Positions 10,200-22,285 of a stretch of 64,000 nucleotides of DNA are shown here, piece by piece. Numbering within the stretch: position 1 is the first letter of the stretch; each line of letters begins with the position of its first letter. The notes beneath the pieces are model-generated. The model saw only the letters and a program-made list of their open reading frames with translations. It did not search any database and was not told the DNA's origin. The stretch is from Alphaproteobacteria bacterium (GTDB lineage: Bacteria > Pseudomonadota > Alphaproteobacteria > RF32 > CAG-239). The translations under genes and the position numbers were made by a program. The stretch covers positions 2,661-66,660 of the forward strand of contig CAAFZY010000040.1 of NCBI GenBank assembly GCA_900767645.1, written 5' to 3'.

Positions 10200-11453
10200 A
10201 TGCATTTAAAGGAATTAAAAGACAAATCTCCGCAAGAGTTGCTTACATGGGCGGAAGATTTAGGCGTTGAAGACGCATCATCAATGCGTGTTCAAGATTT
10301 GGTTTTTGCCATTATGAAAAAAGTTGCCTCGGAAGACAACGTTATATATGGCGACGGGGTTATTGAGGTTTTACAAGACGGATTTGGTTTTTTACGTTCT
10401 TCAAAATCTAATTATTTAGCAAGTCCTGACGATATTTATGTTTCACCGGCTCAAGTTAAAAAATTCGGTTTGAGAACCGGAGATACGGTGGAAGGCGAAA
10501 TCAGAGCACCTAAAGATAACGAACGTTACTTTGCCTTAACCAAAATTAACACTATCAACTATGAAAATCCCGAAAAATCAAAATTGAGAGTTAATTTTGA
10601 CAACTTAACTCCGTTGTATCCTACAAAAAAACTCAACTTTGATATTATTTGCGGCGAAAAAGATTACACAACCCGTGTTATAGATTTAATTGCACCGCAA
10701 GGTAAAGGGCAGCGAGGGTTGATTGTGGCTCCGCCGCGTACAGGTAAAACGGTTATGCTGCAAAATATTGCCCACGCCATTGCCGTTAATCATCCTGAGG
10801 TTTATTTAATAGTGCTTTTAATTGACGAACGTCCGGAAGAAGTTACCGATATGACGCGTTCGGTTAAAGGAGAGGTTGTTTCATCAACCTTTGATGAACC
10901 GGCAACCCGCCATGTTCAAGTGGCTGAATTAGTGATTGAAAAAGCCAAGCGTTTGGTGGAAACCAAAAAAGACGTAGTTATTTTACTTGATTCTATTACT
11001 CGTTTAGGGCGCGCATACAACGCCGTGGTGCCGTCATCAGGTAAGGTTTTAACCGGCGGTGTTGACGCAAATGCTTTACAACGTCCTAAAAGACTGCTCG
11101 GCGCTGCTCGTAATGTGGAAGAAGGCGGCTCGTTGACTATTATTGCCACCGCATTGATTGATACCGGATCGCGTATGGATGAAGTTATTTTTGAAGAGTT
11201 TAAAGGTACCGGAAATTCTGAAATTATTCTTGACCGCAAGCTTACGGATAAACGCTTATTCCCAACTATTGATATAACACGTTCCGGAACACGTAAAGAA
11301 GAGTTGTTGGTTGATAAAAACACTCTTTCAAAGATGTGGGTTCTGCGCCGTGTGTTAATGCAAATGGGTATGACCGACGGTATGGAATTTTTACTTGATA
11401 AACTCAGAATGTCGAAAGATAATCAAGATTTCTTTAACAATATGAACAGTTAA
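10200..11453 (+). CDS. rho: Transcription termination factor Rho
   Basis: Cold-shock-like N-terminal domain plus the RecA-type ATPase core with Walker A 'PPRTGKT'. 417 aa. Confidence 0.95.
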   Translation: MHLKELKDKSPQELLTWAEDLGVEDASSMRVQDLVFAIMKKVASEDNVIYGDGVIEVLQDGFGFLRSSKSNYLASPDDIYVSPAQVKKFGLRTGDTVEGEIRAPKDNERYFALTKINTINYENPEKSKLRVNFDNLTPLYPTKKLNFDIICGEKDYTTRVIDLIAPQGKGQRGLIVAPPRTGKTVMLQNIAHAIAVNHPEVYLIVLLIDERPEEVTDMTRSVKGEVVSSTFDEPATRHVQVAELVIEKAKRLVETKKDVVILLDSITRLGRAYNAVVPSSGKVLTGGVDANALQRPKRLLGAARNVEEGGSLTIIATALIDTGSRMDEVIFEEFKGTGNSEIILDRKLTDKRLFPTIDITRSGTRKEELLVDKNTLSKMWVLRRVLMQMGMTDGMEFLLDKLRMSKDNQDFFNNMNS

Positions 11454-11552
11454 ATGTTTTCTTGCCTGCAACTTTTTCTCTTATATGCTTTTGTATACTA
11501 TGGGAAAAAGTTGCGGCGCATCATAATCAGTTTTTGCAAAATTTTTATAAAT

Positions 11553-12182
11553 TTAAATCAGCCCCATTTTTTGAGCCGTAATTACAGCTTGGGTTCGATT
11601 ATTAACGTTTAGTGAGCGTAGTAATGCATTAATGTGAAGTTTTACGGTTGCTTCCGATACGCCCATTTCATAAGCTATTTGCTTGTTTGATTTTCCTTCC
11701 GCAATTAAATCAAGCACTTGCGATTGTCGATTGGTTAAATTTTTGATTTTAACTTTGTAACGATGAATATCTGAAACTTCGGAGTTGCTTTTGTTTAAAG
11801 CCGTCGGAAAGTAAGTTCCTCCATTTAAAATATTTTTTAAGGCTTCTTTTACTGCTTTGGTGTCGGCGCGTTTGGGAATATAACCTTTTATTCCCAAGTC
11901 CAGAATTTTCATAATTTCACGAATGTCTTCACAGGCTGAAAGGGCAATAATTTTTACGTCAGGAGCTTTTTGTTTTAAAAATTTTATTCCTTCTTCCCAT
12001 TTAACATCAGACATATCCAAATCAAGCAAAATAAAATCAATTCCGCTTTCTTCATAAATTATTTTAACAGCTTGTGAAAAATTAGATGCTTGAATAATAA
12101 TAGTATCAGGAAATTGTTGTTCTAAATCAAGAGCTAAACGGTCACGGTACAAGGGATGTTCATCGGTAATCAAAATTTTCAT
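11553..12182 (-). CDS. Two-component response regulator, NarL/FixJ (LuxR-type HTH) family
   Basis: Receiver domain with 'LLDLDM' acidic-pocket residues. The C-terminal LuxR HTH reads 'NRQSQVLDLIAEGKSNKQIAYEMGVSEATVKLHINALLRSL'. Confidence 0.8.
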   Translation of the reverse strand: MKILITDEHPLYRDRLALDLEQQFPDTIIIQASNFSQAVKIIYEESGIDFILLDLDMSDVKWEEGIKFLKQKAPDVKIIALSACEDIREIMKILDLGIKGYIPKRADTKAVKEALKNILNGGTYFPTALNKSNSEVSDIHRYKVKIKNLTNRQSQVLDLIAEGKSNKQIAYEMGVSEATVKLHINALLRSLNVNNRTQAVITAQKMGLI

Positions 12183-12302
12183 GATAAATTTCTCCTTAAA
12201 TTTTGCTAATAAGCTGCTTTGACTGCAAATATAGTGATGCTTGCAGTCATTTAAAGTCCATTTATCTAAAAAATATGATAGTTGTATTTTCTAGAAAAGA
12301 TT

Positions 12303-12755
12303 CTAAAGTTCAATATATTCAATACCGGCTTCTTTGAACATTTGGGCGGAATATTCAAGTTTATCGCGCCATGTTCCTTTAGGTGAGTTTTCATCAATAA
12401 TAATTTTATTGGTGATAACCATTTTTATACCGGCTTGAATTATGGCTCGGGCACAATCGGTACACGGAGCATGAGTTGCGTATAATACACAGCCCTTTAA
12501 AGATGTTCCGGTTAAACATGCGTTATAAATAGCATTTCGCTCGGCGTGTTCAAAAAAATCGTATTTGGTAGGACGCTCCATGCGTTCGGAAATATTATCA
12601 TCAACCCCGCGTACCAGACCGTTATATCCGGTTGCTCTGATTTCACGGTCTGGGCCGACAACAACGGCTCCGGTTTTGGTTGACGGGTCTTTTGACCACG
12701 ATGCCACCAAAAAAGCAAGTTCCATAAAACGATGATGCCATTTATCCGAAAACAT
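12303..12755 (-). CDS. dCMP / cytidine deaminase family protein
   Basis: Zinc-binding 'HAERNAI' ... 'PCTDCARAI' (CDA fold: H-A-E and PCxxC). Confidence 0.75.
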   Translation of the reverse strand: MFSDKWHHRFMELAFLVASWSKDPSTKTGAVVVGPDREIRATGYNGLVRGVDDNISERMERPTKYDFFEHAERNAIYNACLTGTSLKGCVLYATHAPCTDCARAIIQAGIKMVITNKIIIDENSPKGTWRDKLEYSAQMFKEAGIEYIEL

Positions 12756-12901
12756 AAAACTTCTCCATTAAAACATATACATAATATTTTTATAATCTTA
12801 ATAAAAAACTAATTTTATGTCGAAATATTGTATTTTGAAACAGGTTGCTCTTGACAAAGGCTGAAAAATATCCCAATTTAGCAACAGTGTTTTTTATTTA
12901 A

Positions 12902-14194
<1,293 letters not shown>

Positions 14195-14219
14195 TTTTTT
14201 AAGAAGATTATATCAAAAT

Positions 14220-14257
14220 AATTATCCGGAGCATGATTGTTCCGGATAATTTTTTTA
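14220..14257 (+). terminator. Rho-independent terminator downstream of eno
   Basis: Hairpin ttatccgga-(gcatgattgt)-tccggataa with a 9-bp stem, followed by a T7 run. Confidence 0.7.
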
Positions 14258-14314
14258 AAAGTTAAGTATATCTGTTAAAAATAGGTTGAGAAAAACAAAA
14301 GATGTTTTTATACT

Positions 14315-17300
14315 TTGAGTAAATTCAAAAGGCCGGTGAAAATGCAAAATCCTAAATTTATACATCTGCGCGTACACACCGCGTATTCATTATCAGAAGG
14401 CGCTATTAAAATTGGCGACCTTATCCATTATTTGCATCAAAAAAACATTCCGGCGATTGCGGTTACCGACAGCGGTAATATGTTTGGCGGTAAGGCTTTT
14501 TCAAAATATGCCTCGGAAGAAGGGGTTAAACCGATTTTAGGATGCATATTTTTTATGCGCAATCCGGATTCGGATAATTTACTGCTTACCAAAGGTAAGG
14601 CGGTTGAGCGTGATAAACTCATTTTACTCGTGATGAACTCTACCGGCTATGAAAACATCATGAAATTAATGAAGTTGTTTTATTTGGATAATACCGCCAA
14701 CGGTGATGACCCGCAGCTTAAATATTCTGATTTGGAACAATATAATGAAGGTTTGATTGCTTTAACCGGCGGGGTTGACGGAGCAGTCGGAAGGTTGTTG
14801 CTTGAAAATCGCGCGGAAGAAGCCGAACAAATGCTGCAAACGTTGCAAAAAATTTTTAGCAATCGTTTATATATTGAAATTTCGCGAATCGGTTTGGAAA
14901 GTGAGCAAAAAACCGAACAAAGTTTTATTGATTTTGCTTATAAATATAATATTCCGTTAGTGGCAACCAATGAAGTTTTCTTTTTTGACCAAAGTATGTA
15001 TGAAGCGCACGATGCCTTGATTTGTATTGCAGCCGGTGAAGTTTTGGCCAACGATAAGCGAAAACATTTTTCACCAAATAATCGCTTGCGTTCTGAAGAT
15101 GAAATGGTTGAATTGTTTAAGGATTTGCCTGAAGCGGTGGAAAATACGGTTAAAATTGCGCAAAGGTGTAATTATCTTTCAACTAAAGTAAAACCTCTGT
15201 TGCCTATTTTTGAATGTCCGGACGGTAAAACGCAAGATGAATATATTACCGAAGAAGCTCATAAAGGTTTAGCCGAGCGTATGCAAAAGCATGTTTATTT
15301 TGAGGGTATGACTGATGAGCAGAAAGCTGAAATTGATAAAAAATATTATGACCGTTTGGAGTATGAATTAAGCGTTATTAAACGTATGGGGTTTCCGGGG
15401 TATTTTTTAATAGTGTCGGATTTTATCAGATGGTCAAAAACACACGGAGTTCCGGTAGGACCGGGGCGCGGTTCGGGCGCCGGTTCAATTGTGGCATGGT
15501 CGCTTAAAATTACCGAGCTTGACCCTATTAAACTTGAATTGCTGTTTGAAAGATTTTTAAATCCTGACCGTGTAAATATGCCTGATTTTGACGTTGACTT
15601 TTGTCAGGAAAATCGCTTTAAAACCATTGAGTATGTGCAAAATAAATATGGATTTGACCATGTGGCGCAAATTATTACTTATGGTAAGTTGCAGTCAAAA
15701 GCGGTTATCAGAGATGTGGCGCGCGTTTTGCAAATGCCGTATACACAGGCCGATAAAATTTCAAAAATGATACCGAATCCGGTACAGGGAAAAAATGTTT
15801 CATTGCAAGAGGCGCTTGATCAGGTGCCTGAACTTGAAGATATGCGCCAACATGACCCGCAGGTCAATAAACTTTTTGATATTGCCATGAAGCTTGAGGG
15901 GTTGTATCGCCATTCCGGCGTGCATGCCGCCGGCGTGGTTATCGGCGACCGCCCTCTTGATCAACTGGTTCCTCTTTATAAAGATCCGAAAGCCGATATG
16001 CCGGTTACGCAATACGATATGAAATATGTTGAAGAAACCGGCTTGATTAAATTTGACTTTTTAGGTTTGAAAACTTTAACCGTGATTAAAAAAGCGGTTG
16101 ATTGGGTGAAAAAAGTTAAAGGTATTGATTTGGATATGGATTCCATACCTTTAGATGATAAGCCGACTTATGAAATGATGCAGCGAGGCGATACGGCGGC
16201 GGTGTTTCAGTTTGAATCGGCCGGCATGAAAGATGTTCATAAACAAATAAAACCTGACCGTTTTGAAGATTTAATCGCAATTGTATCGCTTTATCGTCCG
16301 GGACCGATGGATAACATTCCGACCTACATTAAGCGTAAGCACGGTGAAGAAAAAATTACGTATTTGCACCCCAGTTTGGCTCCTATATTAGATGAAACAT
16401 ACGGAATTATGGTTTATCAGGAGCAGGTGATGAATATTGCTCGCGCGCTTGGCGGATATACCATGGGTGAGGCGGATAAACTTCGTAAAGTTATGGGTAA
16501 AAAACAACGCGAGGAAATTCCGAAGCAACGCGAAAAATTTACAAAAGGCGCTATTGCCAACGGTATCAGTGAAGATGTCGCCAAAAGTATTTTTGACCAA
16601 ATGGAAAAATTTGCTTCATACGGATTTAATAAATCGCACGCGGCGGCATATTCGCTCATTTCGTATCAAACCGCATATCTGAAGGCGCATTATCCAGTTG
16701 AATTTATGTGCGCGGTGATGGATTTAGATATTATCAATACTGATAAATTGGCGTTTTTTGTGGCGGAATGCCGTTCTACCGGAATGGAAATTTTGAAGCC
16801 TGATATTAATCTGTCAGACGCTGATTTTAGAGTTGAAGACAATAAAATCCGTTATGCGCTGGGTGCAATTAAAGGAGTAGGCTCTTCTTATATGCAGGGA
16901 ATTGTTGAAGAGCGCTATCGTAACGGTCCTTTTAAGAGTATTTCTGATTTTTGTAATCGGGTTGATATTAAAAATGTAAACCGTAAGCAAATGTATCAAT
17001 TGGTTAAGGCAGGAGCTTTTGATTGCCTTGAAAAGAACAGGGCAATGCTTTGCGAAAATGTTGATATAATGGTAAGCAATATTTTTGCCTCATCGGAAAC
17101 TAAGAAAAGCGAGCAACAGTCGTTATTCGGTTCAGAAGAGCTGTGCGGTAAAATTAAATTAAAGGAAATTCCGGATTGGTCAAATTTGGAAAAATTACGC
17201 CATGAGGCGGAGGCAATCGGTTTTTATTTATCGGCTCATCCGCTGGATATTTATGCCGAAAGCGCGAAAAAACTCGGAGTTAAAAGTTGCACGAGTGTTT

Positions 17301-17815
17301 TGCAAAACCTAAAGGCCGGAGATAATTTGAAAGCTAATATAGCCGTTTGTGTCGAAAGTTTTCATAAACGGTTAAGTAAATCAGGCAATAAATATGCTTT
17401 TGTAGGTTTTTCCGACGCATCAGGAACCATAGAGGCATTTTTGTTTGCTGACGGATTGGTAAAATATGAAAATGTTTTATCTTCGGATGATCCAGTTTTG
17501 GTTAAAATTACTGTTGATAAACAAACGGAAGAGGCCGCTCCGCGCGTGATGATAAATTCGGTTAAAAAACTTGATGATGCAATTGCCGAACAGGCTAAAG
17601 GATTAATTATCACCGTCGGAAGCGTCAGCGCGGTGAAGCAATTGAAAGAAATTTTACAAACCGATAAAAAAGGTACTAACAAAGTATATATTATACCAGA
17701 TATTCCCGATTGGGATTTAAGAATGGAACTTCCTGACGGTTATGCTTTTTATGATACCGGAATTATCGGTAAAATCAGAAACATTGCCGGCATTACCGAT
17801 GTTAAGGAGATATAA
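14315..17815 (+). CDS. dnaE: DNA polymerase III alpha subunit
   Basis: PHP N-terminus 'IHLRVHTAYSLSEG', the polymerase core, and the OB-fold C-terminus. 1166 aa. The true start may be the internal Met at 14342. Confidence 0.95.
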   Translation: MSKFKRPVKMQNPKFIHLRVHTAYSLSEGAIKIGDLIHYLHQKNIPAIAVTDSGNMFGGKAFSKYASEEGVKPILGCIFFMRNPDSDNLLLTKGKAVERDKLILLVMNSTGYENIMKLMKLFYLDNTANGDDPQLKYSDLEQYNEGLIALTGGVDGAVGRLLLENRAEEAEQMLQTLQKIFSNRLYIEISRIGLESEQKTEQSFIDFAYKYNIPLVATNEVFFFDQSMYEAHDALICIAAGEVLANDKRKHFSPNNRLRSEDEMVELFKDLPEAVENTVKIAQRCNYLSTKVKPLLPIFECPDGKTQDEYITEEAHKGLAERMQKHVYFEGMTDEQKAEIDKKYYDRLEYELSVIKRMGFPGYFLIVSDFIRWSKTHGVPVGPGRGSGAGSIVAWSLKITELDPIKLELLFERFLNPDRVNMPDFDVDFCQENRFKTIEYVQNKYGFDHVAQIITYGKLQSKAVIRDVARVLQMPYTQADKISKMIPNPVQGKNVSLQEALDQVPELEDMRQHDPQVNKLFDIAMKLEGLYRHSGVHAAGVVIGDRPLDQLVPLYKDPKADMPVTQYDMKYVEETGLIKFDFLGLKTLTVIKKAVDWVKKVKGIDLDMDSIPLDDKPTYEMMQRGDTAAVFQFESAGMKDVHKQIKPDRFEDLIAIVSLYRPGPMDNIPTYIKRKHGEEKITYLHPSLAPILDETYGIMVYQEQVMNIARALGGYTMGEADKLRKVMGKKQREEIPKQREKFTKGAIANGISEDVAKSIFDQMEKFASYGFNKSHAAAYSLISYQTAYLKAHYPVEFMCAVMDLDIINTDKLAFFVAECRSTGMEILKPDINLSDADFRVEDNKIRYALGAIKGVGSSYMQGIVEERYRNGPFKSISDFCNRVDIKNVNRKQMYQLVKAGAFDCLEKNRAMLCENVDIMVSNIFASSETKKSEQQSLFGSEELCGKIKLKEIPDWSNLEKLRHEAEAIGFYLSAHPLDIYAESAKKLGVKSCTSVLQNLKAGDNLKANIAVCVESFHKRLSKSGNKYAFVGFSDASGTIEAFLFADGLVKYENVLSSDDPVLVKITVDKQTEEAAPRVMINSVKKLDDAIAEQAKGLIITVGSVSAVKQLKEILQTDKKGTNKVYIIPDIPDWDLRMELPDGYAFYDTGIIGKIRNIAGITDVKEI

Positions 17816-17816
17816 A

Positions 17817-18581
17817 ATGGCTGATAATAAATATATTGCGCTTAAAGCGGTGGTAAATCCGCTATGGGTTATATCCGATAAAATGGTGATTTTTGCAAAA
17901 ACAGCCGGAGTTTTTGCCGTCTTTTTAACATTATTATCTTATATTTTCGGGCAAACTTACGCCTGTGTTTTTACAACAGAGCATACGGAGCCGTTATATT
18001 GTTTGGGAAACTCATTGCTGTATTTTCCGTATCTTATGATTAAAATGTTGATAATAAATATTTTTGTGCTGTATTGGCTTAAAAAAGTTATGTTTAATCA
18101 AACAATAAACAAAACGGCGGCGGCTAAAAGCGTCGGAGTGTTCTTTTTATTTATTGTTGCTAATTTGTTGCCGTTGGTTTCCGCTTTTTTGTTGTTGGTA
18201 CGTAAGCCTAATCCGGTTTGGCAAATTGAAATTGTTTATTTTACAATTGTATCATTAGGATTTTTGGCTCCGTTTGTTTTGATGCGCTTTTATGCCGTAT
18301 TGGCAGGCGTAATTAATGACAATGTTCCCGATATGTTAAAAACTGTTTGGAAAAATACCGGCGGATATACGGCTAAAATAGTTATTTCCGCCATATTGGT
18401 TTATTTAATTGTAATTTTAACGGTAATAAGCGTTAATTCGGTGATTTTACGATTGGCAGGAATTTTACCTTTGTATATTTATAATTTAACCGCTGAATAT
18501 GTTTTTAATTTTATGCTTTTGTTTGTTGTAACTTTAATTGTTAATTTTATAAATTATCAAAGACAGATGTTTTTGAAATAA
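17817..18581 (+). CDS. Hypothetical polytopic membrane protein
   Basis: The ATG lies 1 nt after the dnaE stop. The track ORF starting at 17742 would overlap dnaE. Several hydrophobic segments; no recognisable family. Confidence 0.45.
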   Translation: MADNKYIALKAVVNPLWVISDKMVIFAKTAGVFAVFLTLLSYIFGQTYACVFTTEHTEPLYCLGNSLLYFPYLMIKMLIINIFVLYWLKKVMFNQTINKTAAAKSVGVFFLFIVANLLPLVSAFLLLVRKPNPVWQIEIVYFTIVSLGFLAPFVLMRFYAVLAGVINDNVPDMLKTVWKNTGGYTAKIVISAILVYLIVILTVISVNSVILRLAGILPLYIYNLTAEYVFNFMLLFVVTLIVNFINYQRQMFLK

Positions 18582-18585
18582 AAAA

Positions 18586-18610
18586 AATTCCGGAATTATC
18601 CGGAATTTTT
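18586..18610. terminator. Bidirectional hairpin terminator
   Basis: aattccgga-atta-tccggaatt is a perfect 9-bp stem, flanked by an A-run upstream and a T-run downstream. Confidence 0.6.
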
Positions 18611-18871
18611 CTTTGCTTTCAGGGTGGCATTAAATTCTGTAATGCACCGGAAAGAGTGGCAAGTGCATAAATGGTTGTTAAGCTTGTTGCCGCAATAAGG
18701 GCAGTATTCAACAAAGCCATTTGCACGATAAACTTTGTGTACGGTAGGAAAACCGTTTTCGTACGGGATAAATATATATGCCGGACGACCGTCTAAAACT
18801 TTAATTTCCCTTAAATACAAAGGAATGTCGGCTGTTTTTATATACATAATTATAAAAAATAAAATAATCAA
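18596..18871 (-). CDS. Hypothetical small protein (doubtful)
   Basis: ORF only. It has a Cys cluster 'CPYCGN...CTCH' but no convincing RBS, and it overlaps the terminator hairpin. It may be spurious. Confidence 0.15.
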   Translation of the reverse strand: MIILFFIIMYIKTADIPLYLREIKVLDGRPAYIFIPYENGFPTVHKVYRANGFVEYCPYCGNKLNNHLCTCHSFRCITEFNATLKAKKNSG

Positions 18872-19028
18872 TAATCGCGGATAGTTTATTACTACAAAGT
18901 TTTAAGTAAAGATTTATTAAGCTATAAATCACAGTTTTCTGCTCTTTTATTAATTTTTGTGTTGTATTTATTTGTAAAATTGCTAATCTGTGACAGGTTT
19001 AAAAATAAAATTTCGTAGGACGGAAAAT

Positions 19029-20318
19029 ATGCTTGATATTAAATTTATCATTGAAAACACCGATTTGGTTAAAGAAGGAATTGCTAAAAAAGGCTATACC
19101 AAAGAAGATTTGGATATAGACGCTTTAATCGCTTTGTATAAAGATATTAACAAGCTTAAAACCTCATCACAGGCTTTGGCGGAAGAAAAAAACAAATTGA
19201 GTAATTCAATTAAAAGCGCTGCTCCAGAAGACAGAGCGGCAATTATTGCTAAAAGTAAGTCTATCGGTGAAGAATTTAAATCAGAACAAGAAAAATTGGC
19301 AACAGAGCAAGAAAAGTTTAATTTGATGATGCTTAAAATGCCGAATTTACCGTCACCGGAAAGTCCGGTTGGTCCTGATGACAGCGGTAATGTTGTACGT
19401 CGCCGCGTTGGGGAGCTTCCTCATTTTGATTTTACCCCGCGTGACCATATTGAGTTGATGGAGCTTAACGATTGGTCGGAAATGGAACGAATTGCCAAGG
19501 TTTCAGGTTCGCGCACTTATGCAATTAAGAACGATTTGGCAAAATTAGAGCTCGCCATGCACATGATGGTGCTTGATAAATTGCGTAACAACGGATTTAC
19601 AGTAATTACCGTTCCGTCGATTTCAAAAGAAAAACCGCTTTACGGACAAGGATATTTGCCGTTTTCAAGAGATGAAGTTTATTATTTGCAACAAGATGAT
19701 ATTTATTTATCGGGCACGGCAGAATTAATATTAAATTCTTTGCGCGCCGATGAAATTTTACAAGAAAACGAATTGCCGGTTTTATATGCCGGATTTTCGC
19801 CTTGTTTCCGCCGCGAGGCAGGGGCTGCCGGTAAAGATACCCGCGGATTGGTGCGTGTTCACCAGTTTATGAAAACCGAACAGTTTGTTATTTGTAAAAA
19901 CGATATTAAAGAAAGTGAAAAATGGCATCAAAAATTGTTGCAAATTTCAGAAGAGATTTTGCAAGATTTGGAACTTCCTTATCAGGTTTTGGAAGTATGC
20001 ACCGGCGATATGGGGGCGCCTAAATATCGTCAATATGATTTGGAAGCTTGGGTTCCGAGCCAAAATTGCTACCGTGAAACTCATTCTTGCTCAAATATTA
20101 CCGAATGGCAGGCTCGCCGCACCAATTTACGCTATCGCGATAATGCCGACGGCAAAGTTAAATTTGTTCATACTTTGAACAATACGGGGATTGCGACGCC
20201 GCGCGCATTGGTTCCTTTTATTGAAAACCATCAAAATGCCGACGGAAGCGTTAATATTCCGAAAAAATTACAGCCTTATATGGGCGGTAAAAAAGTTATC
20301 GGCAAAAATTGCAAATAG
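19029..20318 (+). CDS. serS: Seryl-tRNA synthetase
   Basis: Start chosen at 'MLDIKFIIEN', a typical SerS N-terminus. It has the coiled-coil arm plus class II motifs ('FRRE' motif 2 region). Confidence 0.9.
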   Translation: MLDIKFIIENTDLVKEGIAKKGYTKEDLDIDALIALYKDINKLKTSSQALAEEKNKLSNSIKSAAPEDRAAIIAKSKSIGEEFKSEQEKLATEQEKFNLMMLKMPNLPSPESPVGPDDSGNVVRRRVGELPHFDFTPRDHIELMELNDWSEMERIAKVSGSRTYAIKNDLAKLELAMHMMVLDKLRNNGFTVITVPSISKEKPLYGQGYLPFSRDEVYYLQQDDIYLSGTAELILNSLRADEILQENELPVLYAGFSPCFRREAGAAGKDTRGLVRVHQFMKTEQFVICKNDIKESEKWHQKLLQISEEILQDLELPYQVLEVCTGDMGAPKYRQYDLEAWVPSQNCYRETHSCSNITEWQARRTNLRYRDNADGKVKFVHTLNNTGIATPRALVPFIENHQNADGSVNIPKKLQPYMGGKKVIGKNCK

Positions 20319-20416
20319 TTAATAAACGGCGGTTTGAAAAATAAACCGCCGTTTTGGTAATATCTCCTTGAATTAAGCTATAAAGCGCTTAATTTTATGT
20401 TTACAGGATATGTTTT

Positions 20417-21094
20417 ATGGAAAAATTAAATTTACAAGAGCTTAAAGCGGCTGTTTTTGATTGGGATAATACGTTGGCGGAAAGTCGCACAGCGTTGGTT
20501 TTTTGCGTTAATAAGGTTTTGCAAGAATACCATCTTCCGCAATGGGAAGAGGTTAAGGGTAAAAGAGATAACAAGCTTTCGTTCAGAGATAATTTTCCGC
20601 GTATTTTTGGTGATAAAGCTGAAGAAGCATATGAAAAATATACCAAAATTTATTTACAAAATGTCGGAAAAATGATTACGGCTTTTCCTAAAACTCTTGA
20701 GGTGTTGCAATTGCTTAAATCGCAAGGTGTAAAGCTTATGGTAATGAGTAACAAAGATCGTAAATTGCTTAATTACGAGTTGCCGCTGCTTTTTAATCCG
20801 AATTTGTTTGATAATGTGGTGTGCGGGCATGAGGCTTCTAAAGATAAACCTTACGGCGAACATTTGTTTTGGACACTGAAAAATATGTTTACGCCGCAAC
20901 AAATCAACAGGCAAAACGTGTGGGTTATAGGCGATAGTCCGCAAGACAGCGAGTGTGCTAAAAATGCCGGAGCTTTGCCGATACGAATCGGCAAATCAAT
21001 ATGGGAAGATGAAACCATTGATACTTCAGGAATAGTGTTTTTTGATTCCTTTGTGGATTTTTATAAAACTCTGCTTTTATCTCAAAAAAAATAG
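20417..21094 (+). CDS. HAD-superfamily hydrolase (phosphoglycolate-phosphatase-like)
   Basis: Motif I 'AAVFDWDNTLAES'. Downstream are 'MSNK' (motif III Lys) and 'GDSPQD' (motif IV). Confidence 0.6.
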   Translation: MEKLNLQELKAAVFDWDNTLAESRTALVFCVNKVLQEYHLPQWEEVKGKRDNKLSFRDNFPRIFGDKAEEAYEKYTKIYLQNVGKMITAFPKTLEVLQLLKSQGVKLMVMSNKDRKLLNYELPLLFNPNLFDNVVCGHEASKDKPYGEHLFWTLKNMFTPQQINRQNVWVIGDSPQDSECAKNAGALPIRIGKSIWEDETIDTSGIVFFDSFVDFYKTLLLSQKK

Positions 21095-21118
21095 AGTAGA
21101 TTAAAAATAAACAACACT

Positions 21119-22285
21119 TTGATTATTGAAAATAAAATGGTTCGTGCTCATCATTACGGAATGTATTTTAAAAAAATAAATAAAGTGATAATCGCCGCTT
21201 TGTTGGTTTTTATCATTGTTTTTAACGTGTTTAAATTCAGCCGCTATGCCGAGAGTACCAATAATTTGATTGTGACCTACAATTCTCCGGTTGACATATT
21301 GAAAGATTTTCGCAATCCGCTATTGGCGGAAATGTATTTTACTGAAAATTATACCGCAGAAAAAGACTTAAAAATGATTGTGCTGCCGTTTGATAACCGA
21401 ATTTTCGGACAGCAGGCAATAAAAGCATTGATAAAAAAAATTAAACCGTATCAAAGCAAACCAATTATATTTGCGGTGGAAGCCGAATACAATGATTTTG
21501 CCGATAAGGTGGCTGAAAAATTAAATATTAATGCGCAAAAATCGGAAAACAATGAACTGGTTATATTGCAGAGGCTTAATAAAGACAATGCTTTGGTTTT
21601 TGTAATTGCGGATACGGATAATAATCAGGTGGTGAATATTGCCAAGCAATTAAATTTGCGTCCGCATGTTTTTGATTTAAATGCCAAATTTCCGGCATTA
21701 GATGACAAGCCAATCAAAACAGAAAAAGAAATACCGGATTTAGAACAGCAAGAGTATAATTTAAAGCAGTTTGTATCAGATTATAAAAACCAACTTAACG
21801 GTTTTTTATCCGCTGTTTCGGAAGGTAAAAACGATATGCCCGAATATTCGGCCGTTACAGAGCATATGTTTGATAAAGGAGCGACACAAGTGCTTGCTTT
21901 TGATGAAAATACCGACCAATACGGGCAGTTTGGCGATGTTTTTGCCGATACGGCTTTGGCTCGTTCTTTGATAAACGGTTTTTTGTTGGCAAAAAATGAA
22001 ATGCCGCAGGCAAAATATAAGTTTTTTGTGCTTACCAAAGCGGAAAAGAAAAACTACGCCGATGAGCAAATGTTTGCCGATGAACTGAAAATCGGAGTTG
22101 ACGGTGTTATGCTGGTGAGCGGTTATCGTCAGGCAATGTTTTTACCGTACTTTTGGAAACTGTATCCCGATAAAAAAGGTTTTATTAAAAATCTTAAAAT
22201 CAGTGCCGGTTTAAGCCCTGATTATTGGTCAAAAAAAATTAAAGTTTATTATTTCAGAGCAGTGGAGGTAAAATATGAAAATTAA
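21119..22285 (+). CDS. Membrane-anchored hypothetical protein with a weak AMMECR1-like C-terminal region
   Basis: N-terminal transmembrane segment. The C-terminal 'SGYRQAMFLPYFWKLYPDKKGFIKNLKISAGLSPDYW' loosely resembles the AMMECR1 'R-x-A-x-(Y/F)LP...(K)AGL' segment. The upstream CxG motif of that family was not found. Confidence 0.3.
   Translation: MIIENKMVRAHHYGMYFKKINKVIIAALLVFIIVFNVFKFSRYAESTNNLIVTYNSPVDILKDFRNPLLAEMYFTENYTAEKDLKMIVLPFDNRIFGQQAIKALIKKIKPYQSKPIIFAVEAEYNDFADKVAEKLNINAQKSENNELVILQRLNKDNALVFVIADTDNNQVVNIAKQLNLRPHVFDLNAKFPALDDKPIKTEKEIPDLEQQEYNLKQFVSDYKNQLNGFLSAVSEGKNDMPEYSAVTEHMFDKGATQVLAFDENTDQYGQFGDVFADTALARSLINGFLLAKNEMPQAKYKFFVLTKAEKKNYADEQMFADELKIGVDGVMLVSGYRQAMFLPYFWKLYPDKKGFIKNLKISAGLSPDYWSKKIKVYYFRAVEVKYEN

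Noticed and set aside
17742-17816. Track start of the membrane-protein ORF at 17742, overlapping dnaE by 74 bp
   Set aside because: An ATG occurs 1 nt after the dnaE stop (MADNKYIALKAV...). That is the more plausible start, and the long overlap is unnecessary.
18990-19028. Track start of serS at 18990 (MTGLKIKFRRTENM...)
   Set aside because: The downstream Met at 19029 gives 'MLDIKFIIEN', the canonical SerS N-terminus. The 13 extra residues are not conserved-looking.
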